Of a stretch of 64,000 bases of DNA, positions 1 to 11,815 are shown in pieces. The notes under the pieces were generated by a model. It searched no databases. It had not been told where the DNA came from and worked only from the letters and a program-made list of their open reading frames with translations. Position numbers and translations under genes: made by a program. Position 1 is the first letter of the stretch. The number at the start of each line of letters is the position of its first letter. The stretch comes from Oikopleura dioica (lineage: Eukaryota; Animalia; Chordata). The stretch is from positions 1,550,001-1,614,000 of the forward strand of contig OU015570.1 of NCBI GenBank assembly GCA_907165135.1, given 5' to 3'.

Positions 1-9
1 AAAATGAGA

Positions 10-928
10 GAGTGGTCGCAGAGAACTTATTAGTCGACCCCCCACTGAGCAAAATTTTTCGGAAATTTTTTTTTTCTCTTTTGATGATGGAAAGTTGGAG
101 GCATTACATAATTATATTATTAAATAATTGAAGGCAATAAAGCGGATCTGATGTCCAAAAATCGAAATAATTCTGAAAATGGCTGTTCAGCCAAAAACTC
201 TCGCGGCCACCTTACAAAAATTTTTGCAACGTCCCCGCCCTACACCGGTTGTAGGTGGTCATGTGGGTACCGGTACCCCTGTTCGCTCACTGTCTTGAAT
301 GTGGGTACCAGTACCCACGATAGTTCTCTTCACTGAGCGTGGGTACCGGTACCCACGGTCACTTTTGTTGGCTAACGTGGGTACCCTTTTTCGTCAATAT
401 ATTTTCTAGAAAGAAAAATCATGATTGTGTTTATACCGATAGAAGGCTTTTCCCCATTTAAAATCGGTCGTAGAGAAAGAATCTCATATCAAAAACGGTT
501 TAAGCGACAGATGAACAAAAACAAATGGAGGAGTGTCCGCTCCGCGGATGGATTATAAGAAAACTCATGCCTTGGTCAAGCCACATTTTTGCAGTTTTCT
601 CATTTCTAGAGCTGATTTATTTTCGAAAAGCTTGGTACCCACGTTAGCCGAGAATGCTGAACGTGGGTACCGGTACCCACGTTCGAAGAGAGAGTCGAAT
701 GTGGGTATGGTACCCACATGACCGCATACCACCCCTACACCCTCACAAAGATGCTCTAAATGCGGAGGTTTGAGTCTTGAAACGGCCTTTTTCAGCATTA
801 TTGCGATTTTCGGTCTTCAGACCCGCCTTAAATAAATTACCCCAACTCTCCATAATAAATAGAAAAAAAAATTCTCCGAAAATTTCCGCTTGGTGGGGGT
901 CGACTAAAAACTTTTTCTGTGACCACTC
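10..928. mobile_element. Foldback/MITE-like element with nested inverted repeats and arrays of the palindrome gtgggtaccggtacccac
   Basis: About 10-80 is an imperfect reverse complement of about 862-928. An inner pair at about 245-390 and 633-740 is also inverted and is built from repeated ggtacc palindromes. No coding signal. Confidence 0.7.
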
Positions 929-967
929 TTTCAGTTTTCGTCTTTGAAAATATTTTGTCGCAAATTT

Positions 968-1092
968 CCTTACACCGACCAAATCCTTACACCGACCAAA
1001 ATCCTTACACCGACCATTTTCAGAATTGGGTCGGTGTAAGGAATTGGTCGGTGTAAGGATTTGGTCGGTGTAAGGATATGGTCGGTGTAAGG
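968..1092. repeat. Mirror array: 3x ccttacaccgacca followed by 4 inverted copies (probable TIR end of a Tc1/mariner-type MITE)
   Basis: Units read directly from the sequence. The array ends in tgtaaggaaacaccgt. Confidence 0.8.
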
Positions 1093-1624
1093 AAACACCG
1101 TCACGAAATTCTAAAAACCTGAATTCGTCAAACTCGTTAGACTTGTCAAATGATCTGACGAGTCTGACGAGTTTGACGAATTTAGGCTCAACCGAATAAT
1201 ATAAGTTTTTTCAAGTGACATTGCAACTTTCAGATATTGAATAGAAGTTGAAAGAAAGTGGCCTTAAAATGGATTTTTGTGGATGACAGATTTTGGTGAT
1301 TTTCCGAAAAAGTGGCCTTAAAAGGGCCGGCCTTAAAATGGGTTCTCACTGTAGTTATCCAGGCAACTTCTGTAGTAGCTTTATTGTTCAGTTAATGTTT
1401 TCTAATGCTTTTCAATTTTAATTTAAGTCCGATATCGCTCGGAACTATCATTCTAAACTCCCAACTTCTTCATTCTTCTCTGTTCTCTCTAACACTCACT
1501 GTACTTGGCCACATTCCTTTATTTACTGTACTGCCGAACATGCACGAAATTTTCAATATATTATATATACTTGCCTCAAAAATTGATTCTTTTTCATCCA
1601 CAGAATGTGATTTAAAACAAGAAA

Positions 1625-2578
1625 ATGAGTTTGCGACAAAAAATGTTGCCAAAGTCGGGCCTTATTCGAAATGATTTATACGCAGTTTGCTTCTTGCTCC
1701 TGCTCTACTTTCTCCAGGGCGTTCCTTTAGGTCTCGGCGCGTCTATCCCCCTTCTCCTGCAAAAGGCGGGCGTGACCTATGCGCAGCAAGCCGTTTTCAC
1801 CTTTGCGGGTTATCCCTTTTCTTTCAAATTTCTCTGGGCAGGCTTGGTCGATTCGGTTTATTTTTACCGCATTGGGCGGCGCAAATCCTGGCTTTTTCCA
1901 GTCCAGCTCCTGATCGGCACTTTTCTCCTCTTCCTCTCTGCAAGAATCGATTCTGTTATGGAAAACAAGCAGGTCGTTCCACTGGCGGTTTGTTTCTTCA
2001 TTCTCAACTTTCTCGTCGCCACCCAAGACATCGTCGTAGACGGGTGGGCGCTGACCCTTCGTTCTCGCAAAAACGCCGGCGCTGCGGCGAACTGCAACGC
2101 TGCTGGACAAACACTAGGCGCTTTCTTCGGGTACGGATTTTTCATGGCTCTTTCTGACGCCGATTTTGTTAACAAATGCCTTCGCTCAGCGGAAAACAGG
2201 TAGGCTACAATTGATTTTACTTCCCCTTGCAACCAGCCCTTTTTATCAGTCTTAATTTAACCACTTTCAAAGCTCTCCTCTTCCTCTCGTCACGACTGCC
2301 GGTTACTTCGCGTTTTGGGGAGCCTGTTTTATCATTCTAACTGTGTTGATTGCCGCGCTCAAGTCGGAAAAGGACGACGAGTCCTTGAAACCGCCACCTT
2401 TGAAAGAGACTTACAAGACGATGCTGGCCATCTTTAAGCTCCACTCAGTTAGAACGCTCATTCTGCTGTGGTTCACTTGCAAATCGGCTCGGCGGTAGCT
2501 GGCGAAGCAAGCATGCTCAAACTCATCGAAAGGGGACTTTCTCGTTCTACTCTTGCCCTGCTCAGTTCCTACTTGGGT
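1625..2578 (+). pseudogene. SLC33A1: Acetyl-CoA transporter (AT-1, MFS) N-terminal half, truncated and frameshifted
   Basis: Motifs LLYFLQGVPLGL, YPFSFKFLWAGLVDS, GRRKSW and ATQDIVVDGWALT. A GT-AG intron at 2200-2272 restores SPLPLVTTAGYFAFWG. A 1-nt frameshift in aaa at 2481-2483 separates WFTCK from IGSAVAGEASMLKLIERG. Homology stops at a ccaattgg-repeat insertion starting at 2579, and no C-terminal half was found. Confidence 0.85.
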
Positions 2579-2745
2579 CAGGGCTGCACAATTGGATTGG
2601 AATCCAATTGGTTTCCAATTCAATTGGATTGGATTGGTAAATTGGTTGGAAAAAAGGCGGGAAAATCAGGGTCTGTCCAATTGGACAGCCCTTCCAATTG
2701 GAAAATGGGAGTCCAATTGGCACCTGGTCGCCAATTGGTAAATTG
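2579..2745. repeat. MITE end (cagggctgc...) with ccaattgg/attgg repeats
   Basis: hAT-like CAGGG terminus followed by dense ccaattgg palindromes. The other end was not found. Confidence 0.5.
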
Positions 2746-3092
2746 ACAAAATGATTGGATCGAAGCACGAAAAAAACTGTATTTATTTTTTATAAAATGA
2801 TGCTCGAAAACGAACAGGAAAAACAACAAAAGAAAAGAGGTCTTACTTTTATTCATATCTTTCTGTCATCTTTAAACAAATAAAAAAAATGAGACAATAT
2901 CTTTGAACCGAATTCCGTAATCTTCTTTGACCAGAGTTTCGCTTATCTTTTTGAACCAGAATTTTTGTGGTTGATGCATATGATTTATTTACAATAAAGA
3001 TTTCCTATTTGTAATCATAGACAATCTTTGCACCAGTTTTTCCAGAAATAAATAAAAGCAGCGATCTACAGTCGAAAAAAGTCAAAAATAAA

Positions 3093-3450
3093 GTGAGTAC
3101 AGTGATCAGTGGTGAGATTCTTCCCGAAAAACTTATTGCGTATCCGTTCCGGATTCTTTTGAGCGGCTTGTCTGGGGCTGGAAAAACTTTTGCCGCAAAA
3201 CAAATTCTTCTCCGGAGAGATATATTTCAAAAGAAAACAATAAGAGTTATTAACTATTATCAATGCTTCTTGGAAGAGAAGCCAGTGGACTGGGAAGATC
3301 TAACAATACCAGTGAGTTAAAGAGTTGGTCTTCCGTCGCAAGAAAAAATAGATTCGATGAGTACTCATACTACTATTGTATTAGATGATATTTATGAAGA
3401 AGCAATCCAAAGTCAAGCCATCGACCACCTTTTCCGAGTAACGGGGGTTC
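3093..3450 (+). pseudogene. Polinton/Maverick-type (A32/FtsK-HerA-like) packaging ATPase remnant
   Basis: PFRILLSGLSGAGKT (Walker A). An in-frame TAA at 3318-3320 is followed in the same frame by RVGLPSQEKIDSMSTHTTIVLDDIYEEAIQSQAIDHLFRV (Walker B IVLDD). Confidence 0.75.
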
Positions 3451-4324
3451 TATCAATAAAAGAATTTGTGCGCAAGCTGGACTTGGGCGTAAAAAAACAC
3501 TCAAAACTATTTGAATATAATTTTATTTAATAAAAAATATTATTAAAAATACTCGACGTCAGGTTGAGCCGGTTCTTCTTGATTCTCACGAGCATTACAT
3601 GCTCCACACCCGGAGTAAAGTCGTTGATTTCGATGCTCTTCGGCGTCATATGACGGTTTCGATCGCGCATAGTTTTTATTAATTTTCTCTTCTTTCTAGA
3701 CTTTTGTTATTGTAATAATAATTGAGAAAGCGATAACCTGTCATCTTTTGTCTTTAAAATGGCTGCGTCCATGAACATTTTGAGCTTTTGAGACCATTTT
3801 AGTTCCAAAATCGGAAGAATTGTATAGTTAGGCTCAGGGTGAGCACTGTGCTTGCCTCTGTATCGGAATCGTATGGAAATGCGCAGTCTTGGGCCCCAGA
3901 TTACTTGATGAAAAGTATCTAGAAATGATTTTTTTTTATAAATTGAAGTGAGAAAAATACTGATGATGTAGTCCGAAACATGGAAAAGCGAGTCGTATTG
4001 AGAGCCTTTTAGAATAATCTCAATATTATTATGAATAATTTCCCACTGACGCTTAGGATTATTCGTCATCATCATCGTGTAATGTTTTTTCAAAAAAATG
4101 ATCCTTTTTACAAGATTTATAAATCATAAACGTTAATTAATACCTTGATATTCTCAATATGGTAACGCCAACCATCAATATACAGGCTTTAGCATTCCAG
4201 GTAGATAACATCAATCTGATTGCGGTCTTTTCTCGGCATTTTTCACTTTTAAACTAATAATTTTTGATTTCTACCTCAGAATGTTTATAAATGCTCTAGA
4301 AAAAATTTCTTATTTTGAAAGATA

Positions 4325-4476
4325 GGGCAGGAATCGCTGTGAAATTGACTGCCCCTTTATTGTGCCCATTTTTTGGGCAGGAATCGCTGTAAAATTGACT
4401 GCTCCTATTCTAGAGCCCATTTTTGCGGGCAGGAATTTCTGCAAAATTTACTGCCCCTATTCTAGTGCCCATTTTT
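4325..4476. repeat. Three degenerate ~50-bp tandem units (gggcaggaatcgctgt.aaattgactgcccct...cccattttt)
   Basis: Units start near 4325, 4375 and 4427. Confidence 0.7.
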
Positions 4477-6075
4477 GAAGGCATAAATTTAAGCTCATGA
4501 TTTTTTCAATGTGTTTTTTTTATTAAGTACGATTCAGAATATTCAATTAGAAAGAATACGGAAAATCGTTTTTGAAGCAGACTTTTCGGAGGAGGTCGAG
4601 GAAGTCGTCGGCCGTAGTTCGCTGACGGTAGAGCTCAACTGTTTGAGCCTTAAGGGATCCCCCGATTTGGCCATCTTTGACTCGAAATTCAGTCGATTTG
4701 GGCTTATGTATCGGGACGTTCAATAGCTCTTCTGAATGCTGGCGTGCTATCCGCTATTCTCTAGTACAGAGAAATATTTTGCTCAAGGCAAACCTACCTC
4801 TAGCAGGCGCCAAAGTTCAAGAAATTCGAAAAAACGCCATTTTTGGCCATTTTTGAACAGAAATTCAGCCGATTCGGGCTTAGATAGACTCGATCTGAGA
4901 TAAGATTTAGGTAGAATAGAGCTTAATCTTCAATCTCTAGTATAGAGAGCCCATTTGGTCAAGTAATAAAAAATATTTCTTTAGAACAAACATCTGTAGC
5001 CATTTTTTGGCGTTTTTTGGTCTTTCATTGCTCTCTAGCGCCAACAAATGGGCAAAAATTCCTAATGCGGTTATTATATTCTTAATCGGAAGATTCTGAG
5101 CTTTCGAAAGACCCCTTATATGGGTTATTTAGATGACATTAAAAATACGAAAAAAATCCGATTTTCACGCCAAGTAAAATTTATATGCATTTTTGCAATT
5201 TTTAAGGCCAAAATCTAGGTGATAGATATTCGTAAGGGGGTCATGTGACACATCAAAATGATCCTCAGAAAACGAGGAATCTAAAAATATCAAACATACA
5301 CCCTTATCAAAGAGTTGAAAAAACAGGGGGATCCCTTAAGTCGCGGTTTATTCTTTCCCAAGTCTGCTGTTGCCTCTGCAAAGACTCTTTCGATTGATGA
5401 AGAGCTCGATGGGCAGTTAAGACTGCCCAAATTTCTTAAACTTACTGCGGTCTTTTTTGGGCTTCCCTTTCGCGATGCCACGGTAAGATGATCGATTCGG
5501 ACAGTTCTCTGCAGTACAGTGAATATTTCCAGTAAATTGCGAACTGGCAATGACGTATTCTCCCTCGAAACAAGCCATCCCGAGAAAAGCAGGATCTCTC
5601 TGAAATTCCTCTCTTAGCGACTCAGCCTGATTTCTGATCAGTCGCCATTCCTTTTGCGGTCCGGGATTTTCGACCTCAATAACTTCCTCGTCGTCCTCTG
5701 GTCGCGGACGTTTCCGCGGAAGGAAAATATCAGAAATTGATTTTTTAAACATTTTCTCTTTTTTTTGAGAAAGCAAGTCTGAGGAAAATAAAGCAGTTTG
5801 TTGTTGGGCTCTCTTCAAATTTTCCCTTTTCACCCCTTTGATGATTCATGAATCAGTTCATGGCAAAATGCAGCGCCCAAATGAGAGCGCTTATCGAAAA
5901 TTCCTATCATCCGCCCCAAAAACAAATCATTCAAGGAGAATTTGCTAGTGCTTCATTTTCTCGTGCCACGGCACCGTGCCGTGTCCAAATCTGTACTCCC
6001 TGAAAGGAGCGGCACGGCACGGGTGTCCGTGCCGCGGTGCCGTGCCGTGCCGTGCCGTTGACCTTTCCCCACCCT

Positions 6076-6860
6076 GGTTAAAGAGCGATTTCCTCGAAGA
6101 AGAATTATCGCCGACACAAAGTTTAAAATCTTTATGGGTGATCTCATAGTCTATAAAATAATTTTCTTATAGTAACAATGTCTATATTCTTTTTATAATC
6201 GACTGTTTTTCTCGCTTTTTCTGGACACGACCTCTAAAACGAAAGAAAAAATTGATGTTGCAAAGGCTCTCAATGATAAATTTCAAGATTTACCTGAATG
6301 GCCAAATTCTCTAATAACTGACGAAGAGTTAGAGTTCTACAACTCTTATGTGAAAAAGATTCTTGATCGTTATGGACTCCATCATTACAGTATCAAAACA
6401 AAGATGAAAGCAAGCATAGCGGAGCGTGCAATCCAAACCATACAGAAAAGACTTCAGCTTTATATGAAGACCAACAAACCAAAAATTGTATTGATGCGCT
6501 GCCTCAAATTATCAAAGGGTATAAGTTATACCGTATAACTTTACACCACACCGCTCGATTGGAATGGCGTCTAGGCAAGTGACGCAAGAAAACAGAGCAA
6601 GGGTCTTCGCTAACCTCTATCCAGATATCGAGTCGATATTATCGACTTGAAATTGAAACCAAGGCTTAAAATTGGAAACGTTATTCGAAAGAAAATTGAA
6701 AAAGACATATTTGAGAAGGGTTATACGGAAAATTGGTCTGAAGAGATTTACGTCGTTGCAGATACTCGCCAGCGTGCTGGAATTGTTTGGTACAAAATCG
6801 CAGACGAAGAAGGAAAACGTCAGCCGGGTATCAAATATTACTTTGAGTTGAATTATGTCT
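6076..6860 (+). pseudogene. Polinton/Maverick retroviral-like (c-)integrase remnant
   Basis: Across frameshifts: KERFPRRRII...GDL, YILFIIDCFSRFFWTRPLK, LITDEELEFYN, KASIAERAIQTIQ, YNFTPHRSIGM, and the C-terminal FEKGYTENWSEEIY...YKIADEEG...YYFEL typical of Maverick integrases. Confidence 0.8.
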
Positions 6861-6941
6861 GCGAAAATATTCAATCTCTACGGGACATAAAAAAAAGAGT
6901 TAAAAGTGCCTGAAATTTTCTTTGATAAAAACGCCGACTAT

Positions 6942-7361
6942 TGTGTTCAAATTATTGACATTGGTTGCAATCTCATGACAACACCTAGAGACTTTGACGC
7001 TGTTTTCATAAAATGTACATTAATCGCTTCGTGCTATTGACTTCCGAATACACTCATGATTGGTCAAATACGCAAAAGCGATAGGTGGTGTCATTTCCCA
7101 GATCAACGCTTCCTTCTTTGATTTCCGATCAACATGTGGGACTCGACAGACTGTACTTATTCGATCACCACTTTATTATGTAACTTCCGTGCATTCACCA
7201 TTTCCATATTTGGAAATCTATCTTTCTTCTCTCACACCTGCCGCTAAACGTCAGCTACTCGAGTAAAAGAGCCGGCATTCTCAACTTACCGACTTAACAA
7301 TAAAGTCCCAGCTCAAAGTAACTAGAGTGTTATTTATTGTACGCAGTTCGCTGATCCCACA
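6942..7361 (+). mobile_element. Probable 5' LTR of a plus-strand gypsy/Tor-like element (left boundary uncertain)
   Basis: aataaagtc polyA-like motif and tatttatt, ending ...cccaca and followed by tat-TGGTACC (PBS-like). A gag-like remnant lies directly downstream. Confidence 0.4.
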
Positions 7362-7559
7362 TATTGGTACCAGTTCGTTTCCGATACCAATCCACGTCTG
7401 TGTTCCGATTGGCCGAGAGATTCGTCATCCTGAAAACCACGTAACAAAATCCCGCCAGGGTCACCCTTTCAGAGAAATTAAAAAAGGGTGAGAGAGAAAG
7501 GTACGAGAATCCGTTGTCATTGCCAGAACTAAAATTGATTCCTACTTCGCAACGCTATC

Positions 7560-8043
7560 ATGGGAAGAGCTCAAGAATTAGCCAAAGAAATTGAAATCTA
7601 CGAAAAACTCCTCGATTGTGACGAGGTGAAGTCCGACGCAACGAAAAAAGATGACATCGAGAAAAAAATATAATCGCTGCGAGGGAAGTTAATCGAATCA
7701 GCAAAAGACCTCGACGGCGGAGACTTCTCCAAGAAGGACCAGAGCGATTTAAGCTCTATCAGGACGCAGCTGGGCGACGTCCCTATTTTCGAAGGTGGCT
7801 CCTTTGAGAGCACTAATACATTTATCGCGCGCTGCCAGAAGGTATTTGACTTGAGCGTAAAACCCAACATGAAACTCGAAAAAGAATTCATTATTGACGT
7901 CAAATCGCGATGCTCCGTACATGTGACTCATCGAATGGGAAACGGGCACAAATCTTAGGAGGAGCTCAAGAAGGAAATTTTCGCGAATTTCAGTGGAGGA
8001 ATTACGGCGATACAAAGTCTACAGCGGGCACTCAATACGCCTA
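7560..8043 (+). pseudogene. gag: Gag-like N-terminal/capsid remnant with in-frame stops
   Basis: MGRAQELAKEIEIYEKLL...*SLRGKLIESAKD...DVPIFEGGSFESTNTFIARCQKVFDL...*EELKKEIFANFSGG in one frame, downstream of an LTR/PBS-like sequence. Confidence 0.5.
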
Positions 8044-10144
8044 GGGACCGAACGCAAATCCGACCATTTTTAAAATTCCTCGAAAAAAAAATTTAGTATA
8101 TAAAATCGATCCTTCTGATCATTTTCTTCCATTACAATAAAGGCTGAAAATGGCTCAATTACTGATAAACGACGAATTTTTTTTAATCGATAGGGGCGCT
8201 GTTGCGCCGCCAAGCTTTGAAGGCCTTTGTTCTAAGTTTTGCGCGGCCGGCTTTTATTGCGCTTATTCTTCTGGCACCTTCTCGAATTCAATAAAATGAT
8301 TAATTCTTTTTTGAATTTTCATTAAAAATAATCTTTAAATCTTGCTTTTTTTTGCTAAATTTGAGATTCTTGCATATAATATCCTGCCTTCCAGTAAATT
8401 TTCAATATTTGTCTTCCTTTTTTTAATTCAATTTTTTTATTTTTCGAGTTTGAAAAGTGATTGAAACTTTTTGGGAATTTGGACAAATTGGAGAATGGAA
8501 CTTTTGCAGATTCAAAAGAAGGACAAGAACTTCATCTTGGAGCTCAGTTGCTGGAGGTTACTTTGCTGTTGGTCTGGTTGAGATTTTCGATGAACTGGCG
8601 CGTCTTGGTGTTCTGGAGCAGGAAGTACTCCAGTTGGTGGAAGGAGCCTAAATGAAGATTCGTTTCAGCTTGAGTTAATTGATTCAGTGAATATGGGTTG
8701 TGCATCTATCGCTTACCGGTGAAGGATAAAAGACCCTCGCAACTTGGATTCGTCGGATGTGTCTTTTTAAATATCATTGCCTAATAAAGATTAACATATA
8801 TAACATGTATTAAATTGAAATTGAAATTAATATTAATTTATATAAATTTCGATTGGATTTGAAAACAAGCTAACGCCCAGTTAGCATAGTACGGGGGCTT
8901 ACTTATGGCGCATAGTAGTTTAGCCTATAAAAAAGTATATGTGCATTAAGCCTTAATGATTAAGGATACACCCGATAAAATGAACTTTCATAGTGCCTAA
9001 ATACGAAGTTGGATCAAATTTATCTCAATAGCAATCCTACCTAAAATTGTGCGTAGAATTCAATTCTTGTACTTTTTTAAAAGTCTTCATTTGAATTTTT
9101 CCTCTAGAGCGATTTGAAAACGAACTCTATTGTAAACTGTATTGTTATGAGTCATAACTTATGACGCTAAGCTACAAAAATTGATGGGATGACATTCTAA
9201 AACTCGCCTGAATTTTCATTTTAGTGTTCTCCTCTTTCAGACCCCTGTTTTTCTTCTCTGCGCGTTTTTGCGTGCTACTAATCAGAGCGGTGCGATCAAC
9301 TACGAAAATTCTTTTGGAAAAGAGGAGTCGAGTGAGGAAGCACCCAGCGCGCCGCTTTGTAGAGATTTTACGCGCTGAGTAGCCCTCAATGAAATGGCTC
9401 TAGAATCGGTTTCCTTCGGTTTCAACGAAAAGTAAACCATCGAAATTGTAGATAAAGTTCTAAAAAACTTTACTATCGAAAAATCTCGACCGATTTATAC
9501 AAAAAATTTCGAGTAATCGAGAGAGTAAGATTTAAAATCGCTCTAAAGAGAAAAATTCAAATGAGAAAATATAAAGAAGTACCAGATGTGAGTTCTACGT
9601 GCATTTATAGGTCGAATGAGACTCTGAAAACTCCGATTTGAAAAGCCAAAAAAGCAGCCCCCCACTAAGCTAACTCCGGTGGAAGATCGTAAAATCTAAA
9701 GCAGAGCATTCTAGGTTGATCCTTAGCTCTGCTTTAGAAAGACCAAAAAATGGACGAACGGTGGGATTCCACATCGGGCTGTTCCCTTACGGCTATCTCC
9801 TGACCCATTTTTATTTTCATTTTTAAGTCAGGAGAATGCCGCAGGGTTTCATCTTATCAAGATACGATACCTGCCGAGTGACCACCACCCCCGTTTGAAG
9901 GACCCATCCGTCAACAATTTTCCTCAAAAAATCGAAAATTTCAAAACAGCCATCTTTTCGCTTCTTAATGTGCCTGGAAGTTCAGTCATCATAAAAACTT
10001 GTCGTGAGCAATATTTGACGACTATGAATCTTAAATTTTAGCAAAATTTGGACTTTTTCGTCATTTTTGTCCCTATTATCGATCTCACTGGTGGAGTAAG
10101 ACGCTCGGGCCCGTCGATATTTATGCATCCTGTAAAGAGATCAT

Positions 10145-11690
10145 TTATTTTTGCATTGTCCTATATTTTTGAGAATTCTTAATTTTCTTTTTTGAAAGAT
10201 AACTTTTATATAGAATAGAAGATCCGGTTCCTGCATCCATTTTCAGACATTTTTTTCCGGAAGATTTTGACCTCATCGCGTTTTTGATATTTTCACGCCA
10301 GTGTTTGACGCGAGATTCGGCTGCTTTATCTTCTACAGTCATCTTGGCAAATTTTGGCCATTGCTTTCTTGCCTGGCCACAGAAATGCCAATTCATTGTG
10401 CACTCGTGATGACTCATTCTTCCACCACTAAGTTCACGCCATTGATTTTGCTTTATTTTATTTTGGCGGCTCGAATCCACACTCCTCATTTTTTTATTTT
10501 CGTTTGTCTTAATATAAAGTTCAATTTTTTTACTTATAAAATAACCAGACCCATAAACCCTTATGGGCAAGAAGAGTTTTTTTCTGCATAGATCTTCCTT
10601 CATGCGCTGTCGCTCTTTGTAATGACTCTCGAGAGTAAGATTATGAGGATCGACCGCTCCAGATCGAAGTAGCGAGGCGATTTCGAAAAAGCCGGCTCCA
10701 GAATATGCAACAATCTTGATGCGTTTATTGCCAGTAACAAGGGCTGGATTCGTTGCAATATATTTTCCCTAGTAAATGATGAAAAAAATTTCTTTTTAAT
10801 CTTCACAAACCCAACTGTCGGTGATAACAACAACATCACAATTTCGGAAACAAGGACGTTGCCACTTCGATTTGTTGTTAGCGGAAAAAGCTACCGAGTT
10901 CATTCTGTAAAAAAAAAAAGATATGAGTGAGATAACCGAATGGATAAGCAACCGACAAATTCATAGTATAAGTAGAAAATATGAGTTACTCTGAAGGGAG
11001 AATAACATTAAATTGATATTTTCGACAGATTCTATTTATGAGGAAAAATTTCGTGGCAGTTTTGATTCAATATCGGACAATTTTTTCAATTTAGCAGAAA
11101 TTTTTGAAGCTAGAACATTTTCAGTGTGCCTTTTTCGTGAAGATCGAGCTTTCAATAATAATTTTGCTCCATCAGCGGGTGTTAAATCGTCAATGTAATC
11201 ATGAAGAGATTTCTCTCTCATCTCGACGAAAGACATACGAATGGTTCCTCCGGGTAATCCGAGTGACTTAATAGTCCAATTTCATTCTTTGCATCTGTTT
11301 TGAGGAGATGCTGCTCAATTGATTTGCTGTTGTGCAAATGTACAGCGCTATATTTCGCATCTGAAATGTTAGGCCTACAGTCGTTCGACCAGGGATTTGC
11401 TATAGAGCATTGAAGCTCCGTTTCGCCTTCTGTAAGAATTTTGGAACGTTTTTTGTGGAGAAAAACGTTTAGTTCTGGGATGCCGTTTTGATCATAGATT
11501 TCTAGGTTGAGCTGAAGCAAGCGAGCTTTTGATTTTTTGTCCAAGGCATCGTATATGCGGTGAATATTGTTAGAGTAAAAACTGTAGAGATGGTTTGTCC
11601 TTAAATTGACGGAGCGCATGCAAATGTCAACTAGTCTGAGTAGCGTGTTAAACACTAGTATAAGGATCTCGTCTATAATCGCCGGAATCT
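10145..11690 (-). pseudogene. Uncharacterised, probably spliced and frameshifted coding region
   Basis: Overlapping same-strand ORFs 11218-11655, 11036-11236, 10600-10839 and 10145-10603. A tttag acceptor lies near 11690. No recognisable domain. Confidence 0.35.
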
Positions 11691-11815
11691 AAATTTAAGT
11701 GTTAATAAAAAAACATGATGAATTGTAAATAAAATTATTGAAAACGACGCGAAAAAGAAAATTTAAAGCAGACATGATATTAAATAAACGCAAAGAAGTT
11801 ACACATATCTATGAA

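Noticed and set aside
968-1092. Short regularly spaced repeats resembling a CRISPR array (also 60832-60957 and 59126-59350)
   Set aside because: No unique spacers, the units flip orientation mid-array, there are no cas genes and the context is eukaryotic.
1687-2157. Alternative-frame and antisense ORFs (1687-2157, 1727-2110, 1864-2232)
   Set aside because: Shadows of the GC-rich SLC33A1 coding sequence.
8457-8700. Coding-like patch with ORFs in several frames
   Set aside because: No recognisable motif in any frame and too short to assign.
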